Shown in pieces: positions 9,169-18,137 of a stretch of 64,000 bases of DNA (position 1 is its first letter; each line of letters begins with the position of its first letter). The position numbers and the translations under genes were made by a program. The DNA comes from Candidatus Multivorans sp. (GTDB lineage: Bacteria > Acidobacteriota > Thermoanaerobaculia > Multivoradales > Multivoraceae), in the NCBI GenBank assembly GCA_965224025.1, contig OZ245033.1, positions 128,001-192,000 on the forward strand, in the 5' to 3' direction. The notes beneath the pieces are model-generated. The model saw only the letters and a list, made by a program, of their open reading frames with translations. It did not search any database and was not told where the DNA came from.

Positions 9169-9839
9169 GCGCGGCAAGGCGGGCAACCGGCCCGCATCCG
9201 GTTGGCCTGCTCCTCGTCGCCCTCCTCTTGGCGGCGCCGCTCGCCGCCGCCCCGACGATGGAACGCACGGACGCTCTGCCGCCCGACCTGCCGGACTGGC
9301 TTGTCACCCTGCTCGATCCGTCCGGCTACCGGGTGATCCGCGATGAAGGCGAGCCAATCGAGTTCTGGTTCCCTCCCGCGCTGCCGATGCAGGACCCCTC
9401 AGCCGAGCTCGGCGTCGAGTACCCCACCCTGCCGCCGGGCGGTCTGATCGGGATCGTCCGTACGACCGGTGAGTGGAGCACCTACAAGGCGCAGATCGTG
9501 CCGCCGGGCACCTACACGCTCCGCTACGCGGTGCAGCCCGCCGACGGCGATCACACCGGGCAAACCTGGTTCCGCGACTTCCTGCTGCTCATTCCGCTGG
9601 CGCTCGACAGTTTCGACCCCTACGGCGTCCCCGAGCAGGAACCGCTGGTCGAAGCCAGCAACACGATCATCGAGGGCGGCACCCATCCGATGACCATGGC
9701 GCTGTTCCAGAACTACGACGACACGGGCGCCGCCGGCATGTTCTGGAACGACCTCGACCAGCCCACCCTGGCGGTGCCACTCGGCGACGTCACCTTGGGG
9801 CTGGTGATCGAAGGCCAGGGCGAAGAAGTGCCGCTCTAG
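9165..9839 (+). CDS. Hypothetical exported protein
   Basis: 3' part of ORF 8205..9839. GTG 9165 overlaps the peroxidase stop (GTGA). Signal peptide LLLVALLLAAPLAAA; globular region with PPGTYTLRYAVQPADGDH. Confidence 0.75.
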   Translation: MSAARRATGPHPVGLLLVALLLAAPLAAAPTMERTDALPPDLPDWLVTLLDPSGYRVIRDEGEPIEFWFPPALPMQDPSAELGVEYPTLPPGGLIGIVRTTGEWSTYKAQIVPPGTYTLRYAVQPADGDHTGQTWFRDFLLLIPLALDSFDPYGVPEQEPLVEASNTIIEGGTHPMTMALFQNYDDTGAAGMFWNDLDQPTLAVPLGDVTLGLVIEGQGEEVPL

Positions 9840-9899
9840 CCGACTCCACCCCTGGGACCCCGGGTGGCGCGACTCGCCCGCGTCCGGCCCCGAGGCCGC

Positions 9900-10703
9900 T
9901 CAACGATTCCGCGTCAACGGCACAAACCGCACCGGGATCACGCGGGTTCGCTCCACCTCTCCGTCGGCCTTCTTCTCCAGCACCTGGAGTTCCTGGCGGC
10001 CGCCCCGCGGTCCCATCGGCAGAACGAGCCGGCCGCCGGTCGCCAACTGCTCGATCAGCGGCCGCGGCACGTGGTCCGGCGCCGCCGTGACGACGATCGC
10101 GTCGAACGGCGCCTCGTCGGGCCAACCGGCGTAGCCGTCGCCGATCCGGGTCGTCACGTTCTCGTACCCGCCCATATCGAGCGCCGCCGCCGCCCGCAGC
10201 CCCAGGGGCTCCACGATCTCGATCGTGTACACGTGATCCACGATCTCGGCCAGCACGGCGGCCTGGTAACCCGAGCCGGTGCCGATCTCGAGCACCTTGT
10301 CCCCCGCGTCGGGCACCGCAAGCTCGGTCATCAGCGCCACGATGTACGGCTGCGAGATCGTCTGCTGCCAGCCGATTCCAAGCGGCGAATCGCGATAGGC
10401 CCAGTCGCGTATCTCCTCGGGAACGAACAGGTGACGCTCTACCTTCTCCATCGCGCCGATCACCCGGACGTCAAGCACCGGCGGGCGGCCGTCGCGGGGC
10501 TCGGCGATCGTGTCGCGCACCATGCGCCGCCGGAGTTCGGCGAAGTCCACCCGTTCCTGGGCCGACACGGTCGAGCCCGCGAACCCCATGACTGCTGCTG
10601 CCGCAACCCCGAGCCGCCAAGCCGGGCTCGAACCGCGCCGGAAGCCCGCGTGTAGCCTTCGCAGGCTCTTGCCGACACCGCCGCCAACCGAGATCCGCGT
10701 CAT
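9900..10703 (-). CDS. pcm: Protein-L-isoaspartate(D-aspartate) O-methyltransferase with signal-peptide-like N-terminus
   Basis: QTISQPYIVALMT, VLEIGTGSGYQAA, GDGYAGWP, APFDAIVVTAA, VRFVPL. ATG 10703 follows a GGGAGAG RBS. Confidence 0.9.
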   Translation of the reverse strand: MTRISVGGGVGKSLRRLHAGFRRGSSPAWRLGVAAAAVMGFAGSTVSAQERVDFAELRRRMVRDTIAEPRDGRPPVLDVRVIGAMEKVERHLFVPEEIRDWAYRDSPLGIGWQQTISQPYIVALMTELAVPDAGDKVLEIGTGSGYQAAVLAEIVDHVYTIEIVEPLGLRAAAALDMGGYENVTTRIGDGYAGWPDEAPFDAIVVTAAPDHVPRPLIEQLATGGRLVLPMGPRGGRQELQVLEKKADGEVERTRVIPVRFVPLTRNR

Positions 10704-10729
10704 CGTCTCTCCCGTCACTCCCGCCGTCA

Positions 10730-11124
10730 GTCTGTGGAACCGACCGGGCCTCCAAGCGTACATGGGGTCATGGGCCTGCTCGAGCGCCGGCTTCGCCATG
10801 CAGCAGCTCCTGCAGGTCTGGCTGCTGGCGGGCGTACTTCCAGCATCTTCAACGCCGGCGCCTTCCTGACCGTGTTCCCCTTCATCGTCCTTCGCGTCTA
10901 CGAGGGCGACGCGGAACTCCTGTCCTGGCTGATGATCGTCTTCTTCGCGGGCGCTGTCGTCTCCAATCTCCGGCCGCGTCATGTCCGTCTTCGGCCTCGG
11001 CCTGCTCGGCGGCTCGCTGATCGGCGCCCTCGCCGGCCTCGTCCCCGGCATGGCTGCCTCGGTGCTGCTGTTCGTGTACAGCATGGCGGCAACCGGGCTG
11101 TGGCGGTATCGGAGTTCACCGTAG
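10730..11124 (+). pseudogene. MFS transporter relic with large internal deletions
   Basis: Three fused pieces in different frames: LWNRPGLQAYMGSWACSSAGFAMQQLLQVWLL; SIFNAGAFLTVFPFIVLRVYEGDAELLSWLMIVFFAGAVVSNL; GRVMSVFGLGLLGGSLIGALAG...LWRYRSSP*. Confidence 0.65.
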
Positions 11125-11216
11125 CCTGGCCAGCGCCTGCGCGGCAGAAACCGGGTGCGCCGACGTTCTGACCGGCATTCGGCGAGGTAGCGCCCGGCCT
11201 CGGGAGTTCCGGCGCG

Positions 11217-11966
11217 CTAGTGGTTGGGCAGATCTCCGCGCAACCGAGCCTTGAGACTCGCCACCTCGCGCTCCAACCGGGCGACGGCTGCCCGGCCTGC
11301 ATCTGCCGCGGCTCTGGCTTCCTCTGCCGCGGCTCTGGCTTCCCCGACCTGATCGCTGCGCTCGAAGGCCTCCTCGCACGTCGGCAGGTACTTTCCCGGC
11401 GCTTGGTCGAAGAATCGGAGTTCGCCGCGCTCGAGCCGCAGCTCCAGGCCCAGGAGGCTGCGGAAACGGAGGCTGCCGTCGACCTGGACGACCGGGGCGA
11501 CAGGCAGGTACCCGCCATCGACGAGCCGCGAACCCTTGAGCACCGGGTCCAGGTAGTCGCCCGTGGGGTCGTACTGCCAGTACTCGTCCACCCCAAGTTG
11601 CCGGTACAGCCGGCGTTTCCGGCCCTCGTCCACCGTCCTCGTGTGCCTGGACGTGATCTCCAGCACGAAGTCGGGCGTCCTGCCTCCTTCCGCCCATACC
11701 AGCCAGGTGCTCCTCGGCGGCAACTTGGGCGCGCCGAGGACCACGAAGATGTCCGGCGCCACCGACCGCTTCGGATCGCCCTCCTCGTAGTAGAGGAGCA
11801 TGTCGACGCCAACGTAGACGTCCGGCCGGCCGCTGAAGTGCCGGCCGATGGCTTGACGCGCGTCCATCGTGACCACGGCGTGGCGTTCTGTTTCGGCCAT
11901 GGGGATGCCGTCCGAATGCGGATACTCGACCGAAGCGATAGCGACCTGGCTCTTCATTTGAACCAT
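11217..11966 (-). CDS. Uma2 family endonuclease with C-terminal coiled-coil tail
   Basis: YPHSDGIPMAETERH, VAPDIFVV, PDFVLEITS, YRQLGVDEYWQYDP; Ala/Glu/Arg-rich tail. Confidence 0.9.
   Translation of the reverse strand: MVQMKSQVAIASVEYPHSDGIPMAETERHAVVTMDARQAIGRHFSGRPDVYVGVDMLLYYEEGDPKRSVAPDIFVVLGAPKLPPRSTWLVWAEGGRTPDFVLEITSRHTRTVDEGRKRRLYRQLGVDEYWQYDPTGDYLDPVLKGSRLVDGGYLPVAPVVQVDGSLRFRSLLGLELRLERGELRFFDQAPGKYLPTCEEAFERSDQVGEARAAAEEARAAADAGRAAVARLEREVASLKARLRGDLPNH
11302..11343. repeat. Perfect 2 x 21-bp tandem repeat (heptad unit of the Uma2 coiled coil)
   Basis: tctgccgcggctctggcttcc twice; encodes EARAAAE/EARAAAD. Confidence 0.9.
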
Positions 11967-12077
11967 CGGCAAGGACCCTCCATGGCCAGCGGCGGCCGGG
12001 CGCCGTCCTGGAACCCGGGCGCCGCTCACGGCAAAACGTCCTCTTGACTATAGACGGATTGGCGGCCGCAAACCCGG

Positions 12078-13046
12078 TCACTCGCTGCCGATCAACGGCG
12101 GAAAACGCACTTCCCCCACCCGGGTCCGCTCCACAGAACCGTCGGCCCGCTTCTCCAGTACCTGGAGTACCTGCATTCCGTTCTCAGGACCCACCGGCGC
12201 CACGAGCTTCCCGCCCACTGCAAGCTGATCGATCAACGTCCGCGGCACGGACTCCACCGGCGCCTTGATGACGATCGAGTCGAACGGCGCGAGCTCTGGC
12301 CACCCCTGGTTGCCGTCGTCGATCCGGATCGTCACGTTGCCGTAGCCAAGGTCGCCCAGAGTGGCGGCCGCCCGTACGGCCAGGGGCTCAACGGGCTCGA
12401 TCGTGTAGACGTGGCCGGCCATCTCGGACAGCACGGCGGCCGAGTAGCCGGAGCCGGTACCGACCTCCAGCACCTTGCGGTCGGGAACAGGCACCGTGAA
12501 TGCGGTGAACACGGAGGCCTCTTTGCCGGCGCCGATCTCCACTTCGCGGGTGAGGACGGGCACTGCAAGTTCGGCCATCAGCAGAACGGTGTATGCATCT
12601 GGAATCGTCCGCCCCCAGCCGATCGGCAGCGCAGTGGGTCGATAGGCCCTGTCTTGCTGGGTCTCCGACACGAAGCGGTGCCGGGGCACCCGCATGATGA
12701 CGTTCAGAGCGCGGTCGACGCTGATGTCGGTCGGAGGTCCCGACCGGCCAAACAGGAACTCCATCCGCTCACGCTCTTCAAGCCGCTCGTAGCGGGCGAG
12801 GCCGGCCACGCTGCTGGCCACCTGGACTGCGAAGTACGATACCGCGAAGAGCGTGAACACGCCGGCCGCCCACACGACGACAGGACCGAACGCAAGCGGG
12901 CGAGCGGCCGAACGATCCGCCAGTCGCCCCTTCAGCACAGCCGCGAGAGGACGGTCAAGCCGAATCCCCTGACGGCCGAACAGCCCATGCCCCCGCGCCT
13001 GGTCGCCGATTCGCGGCTGGAAAGCCAAGGGTCGCCAGATCTTCAC
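12078..13046 (-). CDS. Second, divergent L-isoaspartate O-methyltransferase paralog with N-terminal TM helix
   Basis: VPRHRFV, VLEVGTGSGYSAA, APFDSIVIKA, VRFPPL; TM segment PVVVWAAGVFTLFAVSYFAV. Start uncertain. Confidence 0.8.
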   Translation of the reverse strand: MKIWRPLAFQPRIGDQARGHGLFGRQGIRLDRPLAAVLKGRLADRSAARPLAFGPVVVWAAGVFTLFAVSYFAVQVASSVAGLARYERLEERERMEFLFGRSGPPTDISVDRALNVIMRVPRHRFVSETQQDRAYRPTALPIGWGRTIPDAYTVLLMAELAVPVLTREVEIGAGKEASVFTAFTVPVPDRKVLEVGTGSGYSAAVLSEMAGHVYTIEPVEPLAVRAAATLGDLGYGNVTIRIDDGNQGWPELAPFDSIVIKAPVESVPRTLIDQLAVGGKLVAPVGPENGMQVLQVLEKRADGSVERTRVGEVRFPPLIGSE

Positions 13047-13053
13047 CCTAGCC

Positions 13054-13817
13054 TTAGAAGTCGGGTTCTGCCGGACAGTCCTCGTCGCTGCCTTCGATCA
13101 GCGTGTACCCGCCGTCAGAGTTCGGAAAATAGTCGCATGTCATGGATGACCCGCAACCTGGGGTGTTCGGGTGGTCAACGCACTGATCGCTTCCGCCGCC
13201 GGGACCGGGATCGGTTCCGCCGCCGGGGTTGGTGCCTCCGGGGTTGGGGCCACCGCCACCGCCGGGGTTGGGATTGGGGAGGCCCCTGGCGCGGCGCACA
13301 TCTCCACAAGTTTGGGAAGTAATGGCGCGGGGCCTACGCGGCCTCCCCACCCACATGATGCTCCCTGCGTTGCCATTGCGCGGCCCGCACATCACCATTG
13401 TCGTGTTCCTCAATCCGAGCACGTGTCCTAGTTCGTGCGTGTAGACGTCATTTTGCGGGCAAGGCACGTCCTTGTTGATCCTGAAAACGTTGCGATTGGC
13501 CTCCGCGCAGGCCCCACGATTGACCATCTGACTGTCAGACACAACAGATACCTGTACGACGTGCGCACCCGAAACTGCGCCAGCTTGTCCTCCGAAGGCG
13601 AAACTCGGAATGACGGACGCGGCGCGGCACGAGTTCCTCCAAGCGGAAGTGGCGGACCCAAGTTTGCCCCAATCTACATCCGAGCCTACAAAATGGATCT
13701 TCGCCGAAGTGGTGCCCGAGAAGCGATTGAGCGTACAGCCGACTTGCCCCCAGACATCGCCAGTAGAGCTGCGCCGAGAACAAAGGCGGCGCAGCAAGAC
13801 AGTTTGAGCTTTCTCAT
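13054..13817 (-). pseudogene. Secreted metzincin-like metallopeptidase with Gly/Pro linker and Cys-rich tail, split by a 1-nt frameshift
   Basis: ATG 13817 (ATGA overlap) gives signal peptide MRKLKLSCCAAFVLGAALLAMSG. One extra G in the G5 run at 13747-13751 joins it to QVGCTLNRF...HELGHVLGLRN...SIM... Confidence 0.7.
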
Positions 13818-14764
13818 TTCTGGTCCGTCCTGGGGCAGACGAAGCGGCTCGGAACCAACCCTTCCCCGGGTCTCTCTGCAACCGCCGCAATCCGACAGCC
13901 ATTGGATTCGTAGGCCCGCCACGTCTCGACGAACTCCCTACGGTCAGGCGAGCCGAACTCCTGGGATACGAGGTGCCTTGTCATGTCGAACAAGCCTCCG
14001 GCTACCGCTTCGTCCGCTCGTGCTTGCAGTCCCGTTAGTGTGGTGGGACCGCCGGACGTCACCGTGACATCCCACTGCAGAGTTCCTTGATCGCGCACCT
14101 GGGCCAAGGTTCCACCATGGGTCCACCACTGCTTCACCCGCACCACGTCTTCAGCGGGCCAGTTCCCCAGGACCACCACGCGGTCGCCGACTTCCGGCTG
14201 GGCTGTACCTCCCCAGACTATGTCCGATGGGTTTACCGCACAGAAGACGCGGCTGTGCACCACCAGTCGGTCGACCGGAACCACAATGTAGCCAACGGTC
14301 CTCGCCCGCTGATGCAGTGGCACAATGTCGGACAACTCGAACAGCAGTCCAGGGTTGCCGTTCGTGAGGAAGCCAGGAATCGCCTCGTTGAGCGTAGCGG
14401 CAACTGCCACCTCCGACAGCAGTAGCACGGAGATGAATCGTCCGTCGTGCTCGGTCTCCGGATAGGAGCCGAGTTCCATTACATCCGGGGCACACCATTG
14501 ATCGGTCGATGGGACATCGCCGTTCTCTAGCCCGTGATCGACGGCGCTTCGCTGAAGCTGCCACTCAAGTCCTTCTCGAAGCCGATCATGGACGCCTGTA
14601 GACTTCACGAATCCATCGGCGGTCAGCACACGCGAGGCGGCCACCCATTCGTAGCCGAAGTCTATGTCGCGGTTCCCCAGGGTCGTGGGGTGTCCTTCGG
14701 CAAAGGCAGCCGATGCCAGTTGTGGCACCAACAACGCGCCGAGAACGATCCCGTGTCTCTTCAT
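13814..14764 (-). CDS. Hypothetical secreted protein
   Basis: AAGGAGG RBS, signal peptide MKRHGIVLGALLVPQLASAAFA; less GC-biased codon usage than the flanking genes. Confidence 0.75.
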   Translation of the reverse strand: MKRHGIVLGALLVPQLASAAFAEGHPTTLGNRDIDFGYEWVAASRVLTADGFVKSTGVHDRLREGLEWQLQRSAVDHGLENGDVPSTDQWCAPDVMELGSYPETEHDGRFISVLLLSEVAVAATLNEAIPGFLTNGNPGLLFELSDIVPLHQRARTVGYIVVPVDRLVVHSRVFCAVNPSDIVWGGTAQPEVGDRVVVLGNWPAEDVVRVKQWWTHGGTLAQVRDQGTLQWDVTVTSGGPTTLTGLQARADEAVAGGLFDMTRHLVSQEFGSPDRREFVETWRAYESNGCRIAAVAERPGEGLVPSRFVCPRTDQK

Positions 14765-14861
14765 CCTGTCCTCCTTGGTCTGAGACGCTTCAGTCCGCCG
14801 TCCGCGGCACACCCGTAGGCCACAGGGGGGTGATGACCGAACATGCTAGCCGGTTAGGCCA

Positions 14862-15695
14862 TCACTGAGCTTCGCTCCGCCGACGCAGCCACTCCACCGT
14901 ACTCAACGCCAGCAGCGCGAACCCGATGAGGAAGGTGGCGACGGCCAGCAGCGTGGGGCTGATTTCCTCCCTGATGCCGGACCACATCTGGCGCGGCAAG
15001 GTGCGCTGCTCCAGGCCGCCCATGAAGAGGACGATCACGAGTTCGTCGAACGAAGCGGCGAAGGCGAACAGCGAGCCGGAGATGACGCCCGGCAGGATCA
15101 ACGGCAGTTGCACCCGGCGGAACGCGACCAGGGGGTTCGCCCCCAGGTTCGCCGCGGCGCGCATGACCGTCCAGTCGAAACCGGCCAGGGTCGCGCTCAC
15201 GGTGATCACGACAAAGGGCGCTCCGAACACGGCGTGCGCGAGGATGATCCCGATGTAGGTCTGCGAAAGCCCCAGGCTCGAGTAGAAGAAGAACATTCCG
15301 ACGCCGGCGATGATCACCGGCGTGATCATGGGCGAGATGAGGAGCGACGAGACCATTCGGCGACCGGGCATCGCCGGATGCGCCAGGCCCAACGCCGCGG
15401 CCGCGCCCAGCACGGTGGCGACGACGGTCGCCGAGATGCCGATGATCAGGCTGTTCACGATCGGGCGCGTCCACTCGTCGCCGTCGAAGACGCTCCGGTA
15501 CCAGCGGAGCGAGTACGCCTCCGGGTCGAGCCGCAGCATGCCCTCGGTGAAGGTGAAGTACGGTTCGGCGTTGAAGCTGAGCGGAACGAGGACCAGGATC
15601 GGCGCGATCAGGAACACGAACGCGGCGACGCAGAACGCCAGGTAGCCCCAGCGAGCGGCGCGGTACCCGGGACTCAGGGCCGCGTGAGTTCTCAT
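14862..15695 (-). CDS. Polyamine/opine-type ABC transporter permease (PotC-like)
   Basis: 3' part of ORF 14862..16922; ATG 15695 in an ATGA overlap. YSLRWY, EAA-like AAANLGA, SFDELVI, TLPRQMW. Confidence 0.9.
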   Translation of the reverse strand: MRTHAALSPGYRAARWGYLAFCVAAFVFLIAPILVLVPLSFNAEPYFTFTEGMLRLDPEAYSLRWYRSVFDGDEWTRPIVNSLIIGISATVVATVLGAAAALGLAHPAMPGRRMVSSLLISPMITPVIIAGVGMFFFYSSLGLSQTYIGIILAHAVFGAPFVVITVSATLAGFDWTVMRAAANLGANPLVAFRRVQLPLILPGVISGSLFAFAASFDELVIVLFMGGLEQRTLPRQMWSGIREEISPTLLAVATFLIGFALLALSTVEWLRRRSEAQ

Positions 15696-16972
15696 GACCC
15701 GAGTCCGATCCGGTCGATGCCGACCAGGCGGTCGTAGACGACGTACAGCGTGGTGACGCCGGCCAGAAGAAGCGCGGCCAACGCTGCCGCCAGACCCCAG
15801 TTGAGGGACGTCTGGACGTGGTAGGCGATCATGTTGGAGATCAACTGCCCGCTCTGACCGCCGACCAGTGCGGGAGTGATGTAGTAGCCGATCGCCAGGA
15901 TGAAGGTGAGCAGGCAACCGGCGCCGACGCCGGGCAGCGTTTGCGGCCAGTAGACCCGGCGGAGCGCCTGGATCGGATTCGCCCCGAGCGAAGCGGCCGC
16001 ATTCATGTACGCCGGCGGAATCGAACGCATCACCGAGTAGAGCGGCAGCACCAGGAACGGCAGCAGCACGTGCGTCATCGCGATGAAGGTGCCAGTCATG
16101 TTGTAGATCATCGCGATCCGGCCCTCGTCGCCGATCAGACCGATGGCGACCAGGAAGTCGTTGATCACGCCCTGGGTCTGGAGCAGCACGATCCACGACG
16201 TCGTCCGCACCAGCAGCGAGGTCCAGAACGGCAGCAGGACGAGCACCAGCAGCACATTCGCGCGTCGCGGCGGCGAGTTGGCGATCAAGTGCGCGATGGG
16301 ATAACCGATCACCAGGCACAGCAACGTGACGCCGAGGCTCACTTTCAGGGTGCGCCAGAACAGGGGCACGTAGATGCGCCACTCCTCGGCCTGGCGGACG
16401 TAGCCGCCGTCGGGATTCCGCTCGAAGTCGAGCGCCTTCATGTAGTGGCGAGCCGTCAACCGTTGTCCGGCAGCGCGGAGCGCGCGCCACGGCTCGGGCG
16501 TTCCCCAACGGGGATCGATGTCGTTCATCGTTTGACGCCAGAACGCGCCGTCCATCCTCGTACCCGCCGCCTCCGCGGCGGCCGCCGCCTCGACCATCTG
16601 CCGCGACCCGCCCATGATCACGCTGCGCATGCCGCTCACGACGCGGTTGACCCGGTTCGCCGTACGGCCGAGTGTGCGCGCCGTCCGCGCCGCGACGAAC
16701 TCGCGAGCTGTCGTCGCAAAGACCTCGTCGGGAGGGGCGCCGTCGCCTTCCCACTGACGCAGCGCCGCCATCGTCTCCGGCAGAGCATCGGCGACCTCGG
16801 GATCGTAGAAGCTCTTCGCCAGCAGGCTGACCATGGGGCCGACGAAGGTCACCGTCACGAACGCAACCAGCGGCAGAGCCAATCCGACCGCCCGCAGCCG
16901 CGGCCCGAGCGCCCGCCGCCACGGCGGCCGAGCAGCCGGCGTGCTGCCTGTCGAAGATCCTTCTGATGTCAC
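15692..16972 (-). CDS. Polyamine/opine-type ABC transporter permease (PotB-like) with large periplasmic loop
   Basis: LLPFWTSLLVRT, LPFLVLPLYSVM, AAASLGANP, GYYITPALVGG. Confidence 0.9.
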   Translation of the reverse strand: MTSEGSSTGSTPAARPPWRRALGPRLRAVGLALPLVAFVTVTFVGPMVSLLAKSFYDPEVADALPETMAALRQWEGDGAPPDEVFATTAREFVAARTARTLGRTANRVNRVVSGMRSVIMGGSRQMVEAAAAAEAAGTRMDGAFWRQTMNDIDPRWGTPEPWRALRAAGQRLTARHYMKALDFERNPDGGYVRQAEEWRIYVPLFWRTLKVSLGVTLLCLVIGYPIAHLIANSPPRRANVLLVLVLLPFWTSLLVRTTSWIVLLQTQGVINDFLVAIGLIGDEGRIAMIYNMTGTFIAMTHVLLPFLVLPLYSVMRSIPPAYMNAAASLGANPIQALRRVYWPQTLPGVGAGCLLTFILAIGYYITPALVGGQSGQLISNMIAYHVQTSLNWGLAAALAALLLAGVTTLYVVYDRLVGIDRIGLGS

Positions 16973-16988
16973 GGCTTCACGCCGCCCC

Positions 16989-18137
16989 TCACCGCGCCAG
17001 CCACGCGGCGAACCGTTCCTGCATCTCGTCGCTGTGATCCGCCCACCACTCCCAGTCGGCCATCAGGAAGTTCTTCATGTTCTCCGGATTCGTCGGCATA
17101 TGTGGCCACATGTCCGTGCCGGTTTCCGCCTGCCGGTCGATCAGCGGTTGGCCGGAGTGCCGCGCCGGGCTGTACGAGATGTAGCGCCCCACACCTGCCA
17201 TCGACTCGGAACGGGCGGCGTGCCTCACGAACCGGAGCGCGTCTTCGAGCTTCGGCGTGCCGGCAACGACGACGAGTTGGCCGCGGTCCATGATCTGGCC
17301 ATCCCAGACGATCACGAAGGGCTGCCCCTCGAGCACCTGGGCGTTGAAGATACGCCCGTTCCAGGCCGTGCTCATGACCACTTCGCCGTCCGCGAGGAGC
17401 TGGGGCGGCTGAGCGCCCGCTTCCCACCACACGACTTCGTCCTTGATCGTGTCCAGCTTGCGGAAGGCACGGTCGAGGCCCTCCGGGGTCGACAGCAGCT
17501 CGTAGACCCGCTGCTTGGCCACACCGTCCGCCAGGAGCGCGAACTCCAGGTTCGCGTCGGGCCTCCGGTTCATTCCCCGCCGACCTGGAAAGCGCTCCAG
17601 GTCGAAGAAGTCGGCGATCGTCGTCGGTGGCGGCCCGCGCAGGGTCTCCGGGTTGTAGGCGTAGATCGTCGAGAACAGCAGCGTGCCCACGCCGCATTCC
17701 GTGTTCGTCTCGGGCAGGAAGTCCTCCGCCGGCGGTTCACCGTTCGGGCCGGGCGGCAAGATCGAAGGGTCGATCAGTTCCAGGATGCCTTCGTCGCAGC
17801 CGGTCACGGACTCGGACACGTTCATATCGACCACGTCCCAGTGGACCGATCCCGCCTCGACCTGCGCCCGGATCTGGGCGAGACCGCCGTTGTAGTCCTC
17901 CAGGTTCGCCCTGATGCCCGTTTCGGCGGTGAACGACTCGTGATAGCCCTTGACGCAGGCGCGGGCATAGGAACCTCCGAACGAGACGACGGTGATCGAT
18001 CGATCGTCCGTGACCTCGTCCGCGACCGGCGCCTGGATGTCCGACGGGCCTCCGGAGGGCCCGCAGCCAGCCATCAGGGCGGCCGCTGCCGCGGCTACGA
18101 AGCCCACCGCGAGAATGCGGCCGGCGGCCGTTCTCAC
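16989..18137 (-). CDS. ABC transporter substrate-binding lipoprotein (PotD/PotF-like)
   Basis: GTG 18137 overlaps the ATPase stop; lipobox MAGC; VVSFGGSY, WDVVD, FPGRRG, QLLADGEV, AWNGRI. Confidence 0.88.
   Translation of the reverse strand: MRTAAGRILAVGFVAAAAAALMAGCGPSGGPSDIQAPVADEVTDDRSITVVSFGGSYARACVKGYHESFTAETGIRANLEDYNGGLAQIRAQVEAGSVHWDVVDMNVSESVTGCDEGILELIDPSILPPGPNGEPPAEDFLPETNTECGVGTLLFSTIYAYNPETLRGPPPTTIADFFDLERFPGRRGMNRRPDANLEFALLADGVAKQRVYELLSTPEGLDRAFRKLDTIKDEVVWWEAGAQPPQLLADGEVVMSTAWNGRIFNAQVLEGQPFVIVWDGQIMDRGQLVVVAGTPKLEDALRFVRHAARSESMAGVGRYISYSPARHSGQPLIDRQAETGTDMWPHMPTNPENMKNFLMADWEWWADHSDEMQERFAAWLAR

Noticed and set aside
11302-11343. Short repeats (also 22649-22690, ~13190-13280, ~54170-54260) as CRISPR or VNTR loci
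   Set aside because: In-frame coding repeats with no spacers and no cas genes.
14862-16922. Apparent long fusion ORFs in the track (686 aa here; also 8205..9839, 28889..31885, 37519..38967, 45202..47115)
   Set aside because: Only the 3' parts are real genes. The true starts are marked by stop/start overlaps or adjacent -10 boxes.
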